64,000 bases of DNA from a virus (taxonomy: Duplodnaviria; Caudoviricetes): positions 32,001 through 96,000 of IMG/VR virus record IMGVR_UViG_3300010163_000006; one strand, 5' to 3'. A model generated the notes under the pieces. It did not search any database and was not told the DNA's origin. It saw nothing but the letters and a program-made list of their open reading frames with translations. Position numbers and translations under genes: made by a program. Shown here one piece after another: positions 31,765 through 41,914 of this stretch. The stretch's first letter is position 1. The number at the start of each line of letters is the position of its first letter.

Positions 31765-34700
31765 TTCCAAAGAAATTATTCTGGATGTTGGGATATAACA
31801 ATTTATCCGTCATTCTTGAACAGGAACGTCGGCATTGGTTAATGAAAACTGATGCCAATAAGCAAGTACAAAACACATTGACGGGTGATATTTTCCAAGG
31901 ACAGATTGAGAATATCGGTTCGGATGTAATACTTGAATCCAAGAAGCTTCCATATAAATACGACTTTGTATCTGAAATTGTTTTTAAATTGTCCAGTGCA
32001 AATAAGATTCTGGTAATAACAAATTCTGCTTTTCCTCATTCTGCAATGGTGAATGGATTGATGTTTGCAAGAATAACATCAACAAACTTCTCATACAATG
32101 ATGCAGGGGCTTTGGAATATAATCATTACAAGATCAGATTCAATAATGCGGAAAAATGTATACTTCCTTTTGGGGCAAGTTCATCTTCCAATGAAGTATA
32201 TGCAGACAGATGGATACGGACAACAACGCCACCTACGATTATGCTCCTTGATACAAATACGGGAAAATATACAATAACCAGAGAACTTGAATTCGCCGAG
32301 AATGTGACCAATGTTGTTTATTATTATCCATTGGCAGAAACATTACAACCGTTGGAATTAACTGATTTGGAGAATGGAAGATACGAACTTCAAGCAGTAA
32401 ACGATGATGGTTTCATAGGTTATCCGTTATTCTGGTTCACATGTGACCAAACAAATGTCGGTTCAAATTTGACATTTGAGAACAACATCAATTCCAGAAA
32501 TGAACAGATCTTCTTCATATCCAATGCAGGTGATACATCACCTTTTAATGCTAAGATATATACTGGTGTGGATGGTAATTTAGATGCCACACCTGATGGA
32601 CAATTATCTATTAATTACAAGATCAGGTGTTCGTGTAAATCTGACGAAGTGTTTACCAATACTTCATCTGACTTTAATAAAGCAATCGACCCTGCATCAA
32701 TCAAGCTGATTAATAATGTGGAACAAACTGAACACAGTGTTCCATTTATATGTAATGACAGCGATATCATAACTATGTCATCTGATATACCATGGGTATA
32801 TGTAGATGATCATACATATGAAATTGAAATGTCTTACTTTGATCAGAACTGCATTAATGTCGTAACAACGTCCACGCCATTGATTTCAATATTCGATGTT
32901 CATTTCGATGAGTCTATTCCTTTCGTCAAGAAATCCTCGGATGCTGGAATCGCCGGTGTAAGAATGAGTGCATCCAATCCGACATCAGACGTACATGAAA
33001 GATATCCTTACAATATCAACAAGTGGAAAGGTTTGCCTGAATGGATGAACAATCTTGATGAAGGTATGGTACCAGAGCATCTTATTATGTATGCATTTCA
33101 TCAACCGCCAACATATGATTCGGAACATCCTGAAACAATGCAGGGTGCTGGATTGATACTGGATCCTGGTAAACATACTACTGGTGATGATGCATTTGAT
33201 GAACTGGGAAATCCGATCGTTACTGCCGATAATGTAGGTAGAGTATATGTGTTGTCTAATGATGACATCGAATACAAAAATAATGCAAATGAATATTATC
33301 CCAAGCCCGCAAGAACGGCCGCACGAATATGTGATATCCCGACATCAGTAATGCAACTCACCGGCGTTAAAGGATTATCACCGGAACCTATTGTCGATAA
33401 AAGATATGTCAGATCAGAAGCAAGTTATACCAATGCCGATAAGAATAAATTATATAATGAATTGACATCCAGATGGGTGCGTCCAACGGCATTAACCAAA
33501 AACAATAAACCTGTTTGGGAAGAAATGGGATTCCCAAATAAGTTTGCTTTTGAGACACTTGAAACGTTAGAGAATGTTGATATGTATGATCACAATAACT
33601 TCCGTTATTGGGATAATTTAAATCCAATGGTCGATGTATCCAAAATTTCGGTTGAGAAAATAACCAATGGTGGATCCGGTTATAAGAAAAATGACATGGG
33701 TGTTTGCGTTGTTGGCGGATATTCATTCACATACATCGTTGATGATGTTACTGACGATGGTGCTGTAACAAAGATCTATTTATCTCCGGACGATAGAGCC
33801 GCTAATATCAACCTCAGCAATTTCAATATATCTGAAGAATACAACGGTAGCTCTGACGAATATGGAACATCTCCTACATCAGGAAAAGGTAAAGGATTAA
33901 AGTTTACATTCCGTATTAATTACGATTACTATCATTCTATACTCCCGAAAAGAGGAGAGTTCTATCCTGATCTGTTTGCATTAGTCAGAGAACGAAATGG
34001 CTTATATGTTTACAATTACAGAATCGATGAATCATCTGAAGCATCTCCCAAGCCAGGTAAATGGGAAAAAGGAATGATGTTATCAGAATATGAGGTAACA
34101 TCATTTGACAAGAAAATCGGTGGTGTTGCAACACAGGAATCATATATCAATTCCATAATTCCATCCGTCAGAGATCTTCCTATTGCAATGAAAAATAACA
34201 ATACTGATCCTACTTCACTCGTAGTATTACAGACTGCTTCATTTATCAATATCATAGACAAACGATATACTCCCGTTGTACCTGATATGAGCTCTGATGA
34301 TATGATAGAGAACAACGTTGTTGATATGTGTAAATTCTGTTGTGATGGTGTATTGGAAGCAATGGCCGAAGAAAAATCTGTTGAAGGTGTCCGTAAAAAG
34401 CTTAATGAATTAAATGTTTTGAGATTTGATTCATATGTAATCTGGAGATGGAAATCAACGGATGACCGTAACAAAATGTTTGAATACGGTATCATATATC
34501 GTGGCTTCAGCAATCTATTCACGACTGATGAAATCACGATGTTACCTACGAACAAGCTGGTGTGTGACAATTATGTTCATACAAATGCCAATACAACAGT
34601 CGTATGGAATGATGTTCCCGGAATAGGTGTAATGATGTGGGTATATGATCCTTCATATAACAAAAAAGAAAACTATTACATTGACCCAGAAACAATGGAT

Positions 34701-35186
34701 CTGCATATCACACGTGATGATATGACATATGAGAGTATCGATATTCGTCAATCATCAGATGGAACAGTTATCAAGATCGTCGAAGATGGTGTATACAAAT
34801 TCAATGTAATGACAAACAATCCAATGTCCGTTGAAGATCCTGGTACATTATCTCCAATATATCAACAACCGGAAATGACACAACTTGACGATGTTCGGGT
34901 TGGTAAAACTGTTGGAGAAACGGTTAAAGAACATATGCCATGCGGAAACTGGAGACTCGTATTCCCAAGAGTTAATTCATTCACTCTTAAGAATGATAAA
35001 ACCAATACACAATGGATTCCTAAAAAGATGCAAGTCATCAAAGGTAGATTCGTTGGTGATATTGGTAGTGTATATGACTCCGAAGGAAATGATGTTTCTA
35101 TGAAGAGTATCATAATGGATGAGACAGATGATGGTGCTCGTCTAAGGATATTCAATTCAACTACCAAAACATGGGATGAAATATAG
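31761..35186 (+). CDS. Large probable virion protein, paralog B
   Basis: 1141 aa; ATGA overlap with paralog A; GGSGYKKND / SGKGKG motifs. Confidence 0.6.
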   Translation: MIPKKLFWMLGYNNLSVILEQERRHWLMKTDANKQVQNTLTGDIFQGQIENIGSDVILESKKLPYKYDFVSEIVFKLSSANKILVITNSAFPHSAMVNGLMFARITSTNFSYNDAGALEYNHYKIRFNNAEKCILPFGASSSSNEVYADRWIRTTTPPTIMLLDTNTGKYTITRELEFAENVTNVVYYYPLAETLQPLELTDLENGRYELQAVNDDGFIGYPLFWFTCDQTNVGSNLTFENNINSRNEQIFFISNAGDTSPFNAKIYTGVDGNLDATPDGQLSINYKIRCSCKSDEVFTNTSSDFNKAIDPASIKLINNVEQTEHSVPFICNDSDIITMSSDIPWVYVDDHTYEIEMSYFDQNCINVVTTSTPLISIFDVHFDESIPFVKKSSDAGIAGVRMSASNPTSDVHERYPYNINKWKGLPEWMNNLDEGMVPEHLIMYAFHQPPTYDSEHPETMQGAGLILDPGKHTTGDDAFDELGNPIVTADNVGRVYVLSNDDIEYKNNANEYYPKPARTAARICDIPTSVMQLTGVKGLSPEPIVDKRYVRSEASYTNADKNKLYNELTSRWVRPTALTKNNKPVWEEMGFPNKFAFETLETLENVDMYDHNNFRYWDNLNPMVDVSKISVEKITNGGSGYKKNDMGVCVVGGYSFTYIVDDVTDDGAVTKIYLSPDDRAANINLSNFNISEEYNGSSDEYGTSPTSGKGKGLKFTFRINYDYYHSILPKRGEFYPDLFALVRERNGLYVYNYRIDESSEASPKPGKWEKGMMLSEYEVTSFDKKIGGVATQESYINSIIPSVRDLPIAMKNNNTDPTSLVVLQTASFINIIDKRYTPVVPDMSSDDMIENNVVDMCKFCCDGVLEAMAEEKSVEGVRKKLNELNVLRFDSYVIWRWKSTDDRNKMFEYGIIYRGFSNLFTTDEITMLPTNKLVCDNYVHTNANTTVVWNDVPGIGVMMWVYDPSYNKKENYYIDPETMDLHITRDDMTYESIDIRQSSDGTVIKIVEDGVYKFNVMTNNPMSVEDPGTLSPIYQQPEMTQLDDVRVGKTVGETVKEHMPCGNWRLVFPRVNSFTLKNDKTNTQWIPKKMQVIKGRFVGDIGSVYDSEGNDVSMKSIIMDETDDGARLRIFNSTTKTWDEI

Positions 35187-35192
35187 AAAAAA

Positions 35193-35222
35193 TAAACATG
35201 GGGGCCGTTGCCCCCATGTTTA
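35193..35222. terminator. Bidirectional terminator
   Basis: 13-bp stem TAAACATGGGGGC/GCCCCCATGTTTA between convergent genes. Confidence 0.75.
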
Positions 35223-35227
35223 AATTC

Positions 35228-35392
35228 TTATTCATTCTCTGTGTTGAGTTCAGGGAAATCGAAATCGTCATCAATGTAATCAACGTCACAATCATCCTCA
35301 TCGCAATTGAGTATGGAAACTACGATAAGTACAAATGAACATATTGCCGTTATACATGTGATAACACCCACAACCTGAAGAAACTTCTTCAT
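35228..35392 (-). CDS. Small membrane protein with acidic tail
   Basis: AAGGAGG RBS, MKKFL plus a hydrophobic segment, then D/E-rich tail. Confidence 0.6.
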   Translation of the reverse strand: MKKFLQVVGVITCITAICSFVLIVVSILNCDEDDCDVDYIDDDFDFPELNTENE

Positions 35393-35411
35393 TATGTTAT
35401 ACCTCCTTTCC

Positions 35412-35954
35412 TTAATATCCTTCATGTATCTCCAATGAATCATCATTAGATACCCAATGATCAGTATCAATCTGGATCGATCCAGATGAGGATGCAACGA
35501 TTACATATTTGATACCCGCATTAATTATGCATCGTTTACACATTGCACATGGCTGCGCATTCTTTGTAAACGAACCATCATTTTCAATACCGGCCAAATA
35601 CATTACTGATCCGGTCATTTCTTCTTTGGATGCATTTATGATTGCATTCATTTCGGCATGAACCGAACGACACAATTCATATCGTTCGCCCGGTTTGATA
35701 CCTTTCTCATTACGAAGACAAACGCCTCTATCGCAACAGTTGACTCTACCACGAGGAGCCCCAACATAACCCGTCGAGACAACTCTGTCGTCCTTAACGA
35801 TTACAGCACCAAACCTCCTCCTCAAGCAGGTACCACGTTCAGCCACAACAGCCGCCATTTTGAGATAATAATCGATCTTGGAAAGCCTCTTTGGCTTATT
35901 AGAATCGGCATCCCTCGGACCTTTGACATTCATTTCAACTTTACTGTCTTTCAT
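35412..35954 (-). CDS. dCMP deaminase (ComEB-like)
   Basis: TCLRRRFGAVIV, STGYVGAPRG, HAEMNAII, PCAMC motifs. Confidence 0.9.
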   Translation of the reverse strand: MKDSKVEMNVKGPRDADSNKPKRLSKIDYYLKMAAVVAERGTCLRRRFGAVIVKDDRVVSTGYVGAPRGRVNCCDRGVCLRNEKGIKPGERYELCRSVHAEMNAIINASKEEMTGSVMYLAGIENDGSFTKNAQPCAMCKRCIINAGIKYVIVASSSGSIQIDTDHWVSNDDSLEIHEGY

Positions 35955-35956
35955 TT

Positions 35957-36904
35957 TTAAACCTTCCTTTCTATTATACGATGAATATCCAACTCATCAG
36001 GTTTAACCCCATAATCATGAGCAGAGATATTCTCGTAAATATCGATTCGTTTGAATAGATACCTGTATTTGTTATCTATCCATATCTTGTTTGTAGGAAC
36101 ATCTGAATCCTTGAATATCTTAACAGAAACACCAGTTCCAAAGATACCACGAGATATCATATATTCCATTCCTTTGATGTAATTCTTTCCGGTAGTAGCA
36201 ATGTAAATATTGTTCTCACAACCATGATAGTTGTAGTATAACCCTATCACATCCATAACTCCCTCGGCAATAACAACATTGATAGGTTGATATAGATCAA
36301 TGGGCAACGCAAGTTTATATAATCCATAATGTTTAATTCTGGAAGATTTATACTTACGCCATCGAATATCATTGTTGTCATCCTTCCATCTACCGATTAT
36401 ATTACCATTCGTCATCTGAAACCAATATCGGTCATGGATAACACCAATATCATCAATCCCAAGGTACTTTGTAACATACCCATGAGGATCACCAACATAG
36501 TTGAATATCTGTAGATCAGCCAATGTAGGACGTACACCAACACGTGATTCAATATAAGATACAACCTTACTGATGTCATCACGTTCATTTACATTCACCA
36601 ACGGTATCTTTGATGATACCTTTCCATCGGTGTTCAACTTAGTATACCCATTGAACTTCGGTATTGATATATCATCAAGACCTATGCCCTCGATAAACTT
36701 CTGACCAACTATTCCGGAAGAATTACATTTAAAACAATTGAACATTACCGGTTCATCTGAGTTGATATCTATCTTGACATAACAGTGCCATTTTCTGTCG
36801 CCGCAAATAGGACACTCTTTCAATCTGTATTGCACATTGGAAACGCGTTTGAACAGTCCGGAGTTCAATAAACTTTCTTTGAACATGTAGATCTTCTTGT
36901 CCAT
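35957..36904 (-). CDS. DNA primase-like protein (Zn finger + TOPRIM)
   Basis: CPICGD...CFKC Zn finger; IAEGVMD and FKDSD TOPRIM motifs. Confidence 0.75.
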   Translation of the reverse strand: MDKKIYMFKESLLNSGLFKRVSNVQYRLKECPICGDRKWHCYVKIDINSDEPVMFNCFKCNSSGIVGQKFIEGIGLDDISIPKFNGYTKLNTDGKVSSKIPLVNVNERDDISKVVSYIESRVGVRPTLADLQIFNYVGDPHGYVTKYLGIDDIGVIHDRYWFQMTNGNIIGRWKDDNNDIRWRKYKSSRIKHYGLYKLALPIDLYQPINVVIAEGVMDVIGLYYNYHGCENNIYIATTGKNYIKGMEYMISRGIFGTGVSVKIFKDSDVPTNKIWIDNKYRYLFKRIDIYENISAHDYGVKPDELDIHRIIERKV

Positions 36905-37050
36905 AGTTCCTTCCTCACCATCTTTCCCTTTCTATTCTTCTTTCTTTTAATCTATTTTTACAAGATATTGATAATATGATAAATAAGTTCATTATCTATT
37001 ACCCACGTCAATATTATTATATATAGATTTAGAAAAAGAAAAAATAGAAA

Positions 37051-37488
37051 TTAAGATGATTCATCCATGATGTTTTTGAGATGTTGTATTCTTCTTGCAT
37101 TCCAAGATTTCATCACCCAGGGAAGCAGTAAGTCATACCAGTTGTTTATCTCCCTATTAAGATATGAACCATCATCAGGTACATTATCAGATTCAAAGGT
37201 GAAATAGTCTGTTTGGTATTGTTTCTCCTCATTGAATACAGAAAACACACGTGAGTTCCTGAAAGTAATGAGTTTGTTTTTAGGAAACTTATTCTTGATG
37301 AAAATGGAATCCCTTGCACCAAAACCAACCTTGAATACGGAAGGTGTGCAATTGATGATTTCTTCTACTTCGAGAATGGAATAGTACTCTTTCCCTACGC
37401 ATAAATACACCGGAATTATTATTCCATCCGTACCATCGAGTTCGTCTATGATCTTTTTGATCAATTCCTTGTCTTCGATATTGAACAT
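37051..37488 (-). CDS. Hypothetical protein
   Basis: 145-aa ORF with GGAGG RBS. Confidence 0.65.
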   Translation of the reverse strand: MFNIEDKELIKKIIDELDGTDGIIIPVYLCVGKEYYSILEVEEIINCTPSVFKVGFGARDSIFIKNKFPKNKLITFRNSRVFSVFNEEKQYQTDYFTFESDNVPDDGSYLNREINNWYDLLLPWVMKSWNARRIQHLKNIMDESS

Positions 37489-37586
37489 AAAATCAAACCT
37501 CCATAAATATATTTTTAATTTGGAATGAAAGACACGGTAAAATTGTCTTTAGAAATTGTTATTTAAAAGAAAGGAGACTATATAAA

Positions 37587-37862
37587 ATGTATATGTACGG
37601 AGATTTCCAAGAAAATAAAGAAATCAAACTTTCACTTGGTTCTATCAAATATCTTACAAGACAGCTACATGATTTCGTTCGAACTTATGAAAAGGATATA
37701 CTAATTACTGATCCAGAAATCAAAGCTAAGTTTGAAAAATTAAAAGAGATATCTGAATTGTTAGATAGACAAAGATATGACGTACTAATATCAGATCCAT
37801 CTTACGTTATCGATTTTAATGATGATAACGAAGATTATCTTCCATCTTATTATCCTATATAA
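37587..37862 (+). CDS. Hypothetical protein
   Basis: 91-aa ORF, AAGGAG RBS, terminator 37869-37894. Confidence 0.65.
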   Translation: MYMYGDFQENKEIKLSLGSIKYLTRQLHDFVRTYEKDILITDPEIKAKFEKLKEISELLDRQRYDVLISDPSYVIDFNDDNEDYLPSYYPI

Positions 37863-37959
37863 ATTGACAACGGGGGGTATTTACCCCCCCCGTTATATTT
37901 TTTCTTGGATTCATCCATCGGGACGTAATATTAACCTTTTAAGGAAGGAGGTTTTTGAA

Positions 37960-38295
37960 TTGAATGAAAATGTCGACATGTTAAATGATGAACAGATTTT
38001 TTCTGATGTAGTCGCTTTAATGGAGAAACTTCAGAAAAATCAGGAACTTCAGGATCTTGCAGAAAGAAACGGTCTTGATGTCAAGAACAGTATCCGTCTC
38101 AATAAGACAACACAAGACAATGTTGCAATTGCTACCGTAGCATTGCTGCTTGCTCGTAGAGCGGGGGATCCTAAATATAGGACTCTCACACAAACAGGAC
38201 TTCAGAAGAGAAGACTTAAGGCGGAAATCATTAACGAGTACAAGGGACTCGCTAATCAATTGATACAAAAGTATCGGGGTTCAAAAACCGTTTAA
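37960..38295 (+). CDS. Hypothetical protein (possibly virion-associated)
   Basis: AAGGAGG RBS before TTG at 37960; basic helical protein. Confidence 0.6.
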   Translation: MNENVDMLNDEQIFSDVVALMEKLQKNQELQDLAERNGLDVKNSIRLNKTTQDNVAIATVALLLARRAGDPKYRTLTQTGLQKRRLKAEIINEYKGLANQLIQKYRGSKTV

Positions 38296-38403
38296 TCCCG
38301 ATATAATAAGCACAACTTTGTAATTTACACAGTAACCAATATTAGGGGGCTCTTATTGTTTATTGATGTGAAAATCCATAATTCGAAAGGAAGTTATACA
38401 CAA

Positions 38404-39417
38404 ATGAAGGTATCAGATGTTTTGTTAGACCTTGCTACTGGTGATGCATCTAAGTACGATGCATATATTCAGGAAGCAGTTGGTCAGGTAAAAGTTTCTG
38501 CAGCTATATACGACGCCGCATATCAGATTGCGGCTCTCAACGATAAAGATCGTGAATCAATTGTTCAGGAGGCTGCGGCCGCAGGTCTTCCTTCTGACAG
38601 AGAACAGTCTATCGATCTTTTGTATGAGGCAACAAGTCGTGAGCTTATCGGTACCGTAAGAAACTTCTACGCTGAAATGGCAATGTTCCTTGAATCAGGA
38701 ACCAGCTCTACTTCACCTATCGCTGCTATCAATAGCATCGCAACAAAGTTCGGTGTTAAAAGCAGAACAAAAATGTCTCCGGATTATGCTGACGAAATCG
38801 CCGAAGCAATTCTTAAAAAGTCCGGTGAACTCAAGGACGGCGCAAAGTTCGTTAAGTCTAAGAAGGCACAGTCAGCTACTACAAACTATCTGAACGGCGT
38901 ATGTCTTCTCGCTAATACATTCGGTCTCAGCACCGAAAAAGTATGTGCGGATCCCATGTTCTCAACAGTAAACCGTGCTCCTCTGTCAACTAATTCAAAA
39001 CATGAAGACGGTGTAGCAGATCTTCCTGCAATGACTGCAACAATTAAGAATGTAAACACCCTTCTCTCAAAGGCATCCATCAAGGAAGCTGACTATACTA
39101 CAACTCCTACAGCTAAGGATGTTTCAATGTATCTCGCATGCGTATATGCAATCCTTGGTATGGCTCATGAATTTAAGATTGATTTGAAAGGTGAAGACGG
39201 CGGTTCTAAGATCGAGAAGTGCATCGAAAAGAAGCTGAGAAAGTGCAAGGACAGCAGAGCCTGCTCCGATGAAGTCAAGGAACTCAATGCGAAGGACAAA
39301 GAGACCGGTAAGAAGCCGATCGTCGAACTCAACGAGTCTCTTTCCAAGACGACCAAGAATCTCTTGGGTGCCTTCAATAATTCTGTATATTCTATCACTG
39401 AAGCTCTCTTCGGATAA
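38404..39417 (+). CDS. Probable internal head protein
   Basis: A/K-rich helical protein; N-terminal YIQEA, IVQEA, LLYEA, FLES motifs. Confidence 0.5.
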   Translation: MKVSDVLLDLATGDASKYDAYIQEAVGQVKVSAAIYDAAYQIAALNDKDRESIVQEAAAAGLPSDREQSIDLLYEATSRELIGTVRNFYAEMAMFLESGTSSTSPIAAINSIATKFGVKSRTKMSPDYADEIAEAILKKSGELKDGAKFVKSKKAQSATTNYLNGVCLLANTFGLSTEKVCADPMFSTVNRAPLSTNSKHEDGVADLPAMTATIKNVNTLLSKASIKEADYTTTPTAKDVSMYLACVYAILGMAHEFKIDLKGEDGGSKIEKCIEKKLRKCKDSRACSDEVKELNAKDKETGKKPIVELNESLSKTTKNLLGAFNNSVYSITEALFG

Positions 39418-39438
39418 TAAAACGGCGGCGGTTAAGAG

Positions 39439-39759
39439 GTGATACATGTGTTATTATCCCATAGAAAAGATTCGTTCACGGTTCCCCATTCGTCAATGTG
39501 CATTATACATACGAAAGGAATTATACATGATGGAGACACAGTTGAAGTAACATCTCCGGTATTTGCTTCGGTCAATTTCTCCTCAAGAGCGGTTAATATG
39601 AGTGATAGATTCAATGTCGTTGCCCGTATCTCAGCATCAGGCGGTAGCATAGAAAATAATCTTCCCGATGGAGAATTCAAGGGAACTTTGAAATGTGATG
39701 ATAATGATGTATTCCATATGTATGTCGAAATATACAATGAAAAGGAGATGATGATTTAA
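39439..39759 (+). CDS. Hypothetical protein
   Basis: 106-aa ORF in a + strand structural operon. Confidence 0.55.
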   Translation: MIHVLLSHRKDSFTVPHSSMCIIHTKGIIHDGDTVEVTSPVFASVNFSSRAVNMSDRFNVVARISASGGSIENNLPDGEFKGTLKCDDNDVFHMYVEIYNEKEMMI

Positions 39760-40172
39760 TGACGTCGGATGAAATGACTCTACTACCCTCATTGTTAAAA
39801 TATATTGAGTCTGATTTGTTTACGTTCAAGAACATCTCTTCTTCTGTTTTATTGGAAGCGCCTACAAAAGATATATTAGGTAATGATGCCAAGTGGGAGG
39901 CGGTTGTTTCATACCTCCCACTTAAGTTCTATCGGATAATTAATTCGATAACAGACATGATTACTATAGAGGATTTCGATCCGAAATATATCAGGAATCC
40001 AAAGTTGTGTGCATATGAACGTTATGGATCCACTAACATGTGGAGACCATTAATGATACTGAATAGATGTCCTACTATAATGGATTTCAACTTCAAATTC
40101 ATACGTTACTACAACATTGAGAAGTTTTCCAATATATTATCAGTATTGATATCGAGGGTTCAGAGTGAGTAA
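39759..40172 (+). CDS. Baseplate wedge LysM-like protein (T4 gp53/P2 gpX-like)
   Basis: YIRNPKLCAYERYGSTNMWRPLMILN fits the RPD.LA..LYG...LWW.I...N pattern. Confidence 0.6.
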   Translation: MTSDEMTLLPSLLKYIESDLFTFKNISSSVLLEAPTKDILGNDAKWEAVVSYLPLKFYRIINSITDMITIEDFDPKYIRNPKLCAYERYGSTNMWRPLMILNRCPTIMDFNFKFIRYYNIEKFSNILSVLISRVQSE

Positions 40173-41526
40173 CTATTCGGATACCCATCCTAACAAGGAT
40201 AATATCAATTATCTCAATGAGGGTAAAATAAACCATGGCGTACATGATCCAATGACGAGTTACCAATATAACGGATTATCTCCACGAGGACATGAACATG
40301 GTTATTCCTTATCACTTGCATGTCAGAGTGGTACGGATATGATGCATACTATCGGAAATGTAACTGCGGTTGCCTTACAATTTATACTTGATCTGTTTCC
40401 TTCAGATACATTTGCAACAGCATTTCCTTCAACTCAATTAGCACATAGACAACTGAGACATACACCTAAACAAATCCGTACACAACCGTATCCAATGTGT
40501 ATCGTTGCACCAAGAGTGTCTTTATCTGGTTTGGATAATAGATTGGCTGCTGGTTCGTTCGCAACAACAACTTGGTCCACCACGTCAAATCGTTTTCAGA
40601 ATCGCTCTGAGATGCCGGAGTTATTCTTCGACAAACAGAAGAAAATAATGTGGCGGGGAAAGATCAATCGTGTTGTTGTATACTTTGATTTTGTATTATC
40701 ATTTCAAAGTTATTCTGAACAACTCCGGTGGGCATCCTATCTGATCAATAAGATTCCAACAGATGGTGGATTCTTCGATATAGATACTGCCTTAGAGATG
40801 GCAATCCCTGATGGGTTCTTGGAAGAAACAGCACGGTATGCGGGTATACCTGTTAAAGATGAGAATGGAGATGTATCTGCGTTTGTGGACTATTTGAATA
40901 TGAATAGTACATTTCCTGTTTCGTACCGTTTTTCTTCAGGAAGACATACTGATGCATTCTATTCTTATTATATGGCCGCTCTGTTATGTAACATAGGAGA
41001 ATTAAACTACTCGAATGGAAGTAAGTCGAATAATCTCGTTGAATCGGATTATCCGATAACATTTACCATGAGATGTGAGTTTAATACAATAGGAATGTAT
41101 GATTTATGCGTTCCTAATCCTGGTCCTGTGCGGATACTCCAACCCAAGGAATATTCAATCGCAATTCCGATATTTTCTGATGTTTGGAATGAAAAGGATT
41201 TCCCTTTGATGTATGGCTGGAAAATACATGCACGACCAATCGTCAAAATGGACTGGGGAGAAAGAGAGATCTATATCGGTTCGACATTCGGTACAACCAT
41301 CAACAGAATGATTGATTATCATCTGGAACACCATTTGGATGTTGGACTGTTCATATCTGTTAAGCTTCGCGAAAACAGATGTTTAATAGATGATGGATAC
41401 TATATTGACTGGTCACGCCGGACATTGGTATTTGACAATATTAACTATGTTCATACATACCGTCTCATCATCGCGGTCAATAAACTGTATATTCAAAATA
41501 TGCTGAAAGACATGTATGAAAAATAA
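40165..41526 (+). CDS. Probable virion structural protein
   Basis: 453-aa ORF overlapping the gp53-like gene. Confidence 0.5.
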   Translation: MSNYSDTHPNKDNINYLNEGKINHGVHDPMTSYQYNGLSPRGHEHGYSLSLACQSGTDMMHTIGNVTAVALQFILDLFPSDTFATAFPSTQLAHRQLRHTPKQIRTQPYPMCIVAPRVSLSGLDNRLAAGSFATTTWSTTSNRFQNRSEMPELFFDKQKKIMWRGKINRVVVYFDFVLSFQSYSEQLRWASYLINKIPTDGGFFDIDTALEMAIPDGFLEETARYAGIPVKDENGDVSAFVDYLNMNSTFPVSYRFSSGRHTDAFYSYYMAALLCNIGELNYSNGSKSNNLVESDYPITFTMRCEFNTIGMYDLCVPNPGPVRILQPKEYSIAIPIFSDVWNEKDFPLMYGWKIHARPIVKMDWGEREIYIGSTFGTTINRMIDYHLEHHLDVGLFISVKLRENRCLIDDGYYIDWSRRTLVFDNINYVHTYRLIIAVNKLYIQNMLKDMYEK

Positions 41527-41547
41527 TATGTGAAGGAGATTTTAACA

Positions 41548-41820
41548 ATGGCTGATATCATTAAGAATGATTTTGATTTTGATTTTAGTTCAGACACATC
41601 GGCAGTGCAGGAAAGCTATGATGCTGCAAGCTCGGGATTCAAGGATCTTTTCGATGAGAAGTTTACATCTTTCAATCCTGAGGCAATTATATCCAGCGGC
41701 AATAACAAGCTTAACAGTGGCATGTTTGATATGGAGATCGAAAGTACGCCTGATATTTCATTCGGCTACAAGAAGAACGATACTCCGCTCGAACCCAGGA
41801 GACCCGGCAGATTCTTCTAA
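41548..41820 (+). CDS. Small acidic protein with AVQES motif
   Basis: AAGGAG RBS; terminator hairpin at about 41862-41883. Confidence 0.55.
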   Translation: MADIIKNDFDFDFSSDTSAVQESYDAASSGFKDLFDEKFTSFNPEAIISSGNNKLNSGMFDMEIESTPDISFGYKKNDTPLEPRRPGRFF

Positions 41821-41914
41821 TCGGCGAGACAGTGCCGAAAACGTTACACCATAAAAAGGATGGCGGGGGATAATCCCCCGCCGAATCCTTTCATTAAGGA
41901 GTTGAAATGTTTAA

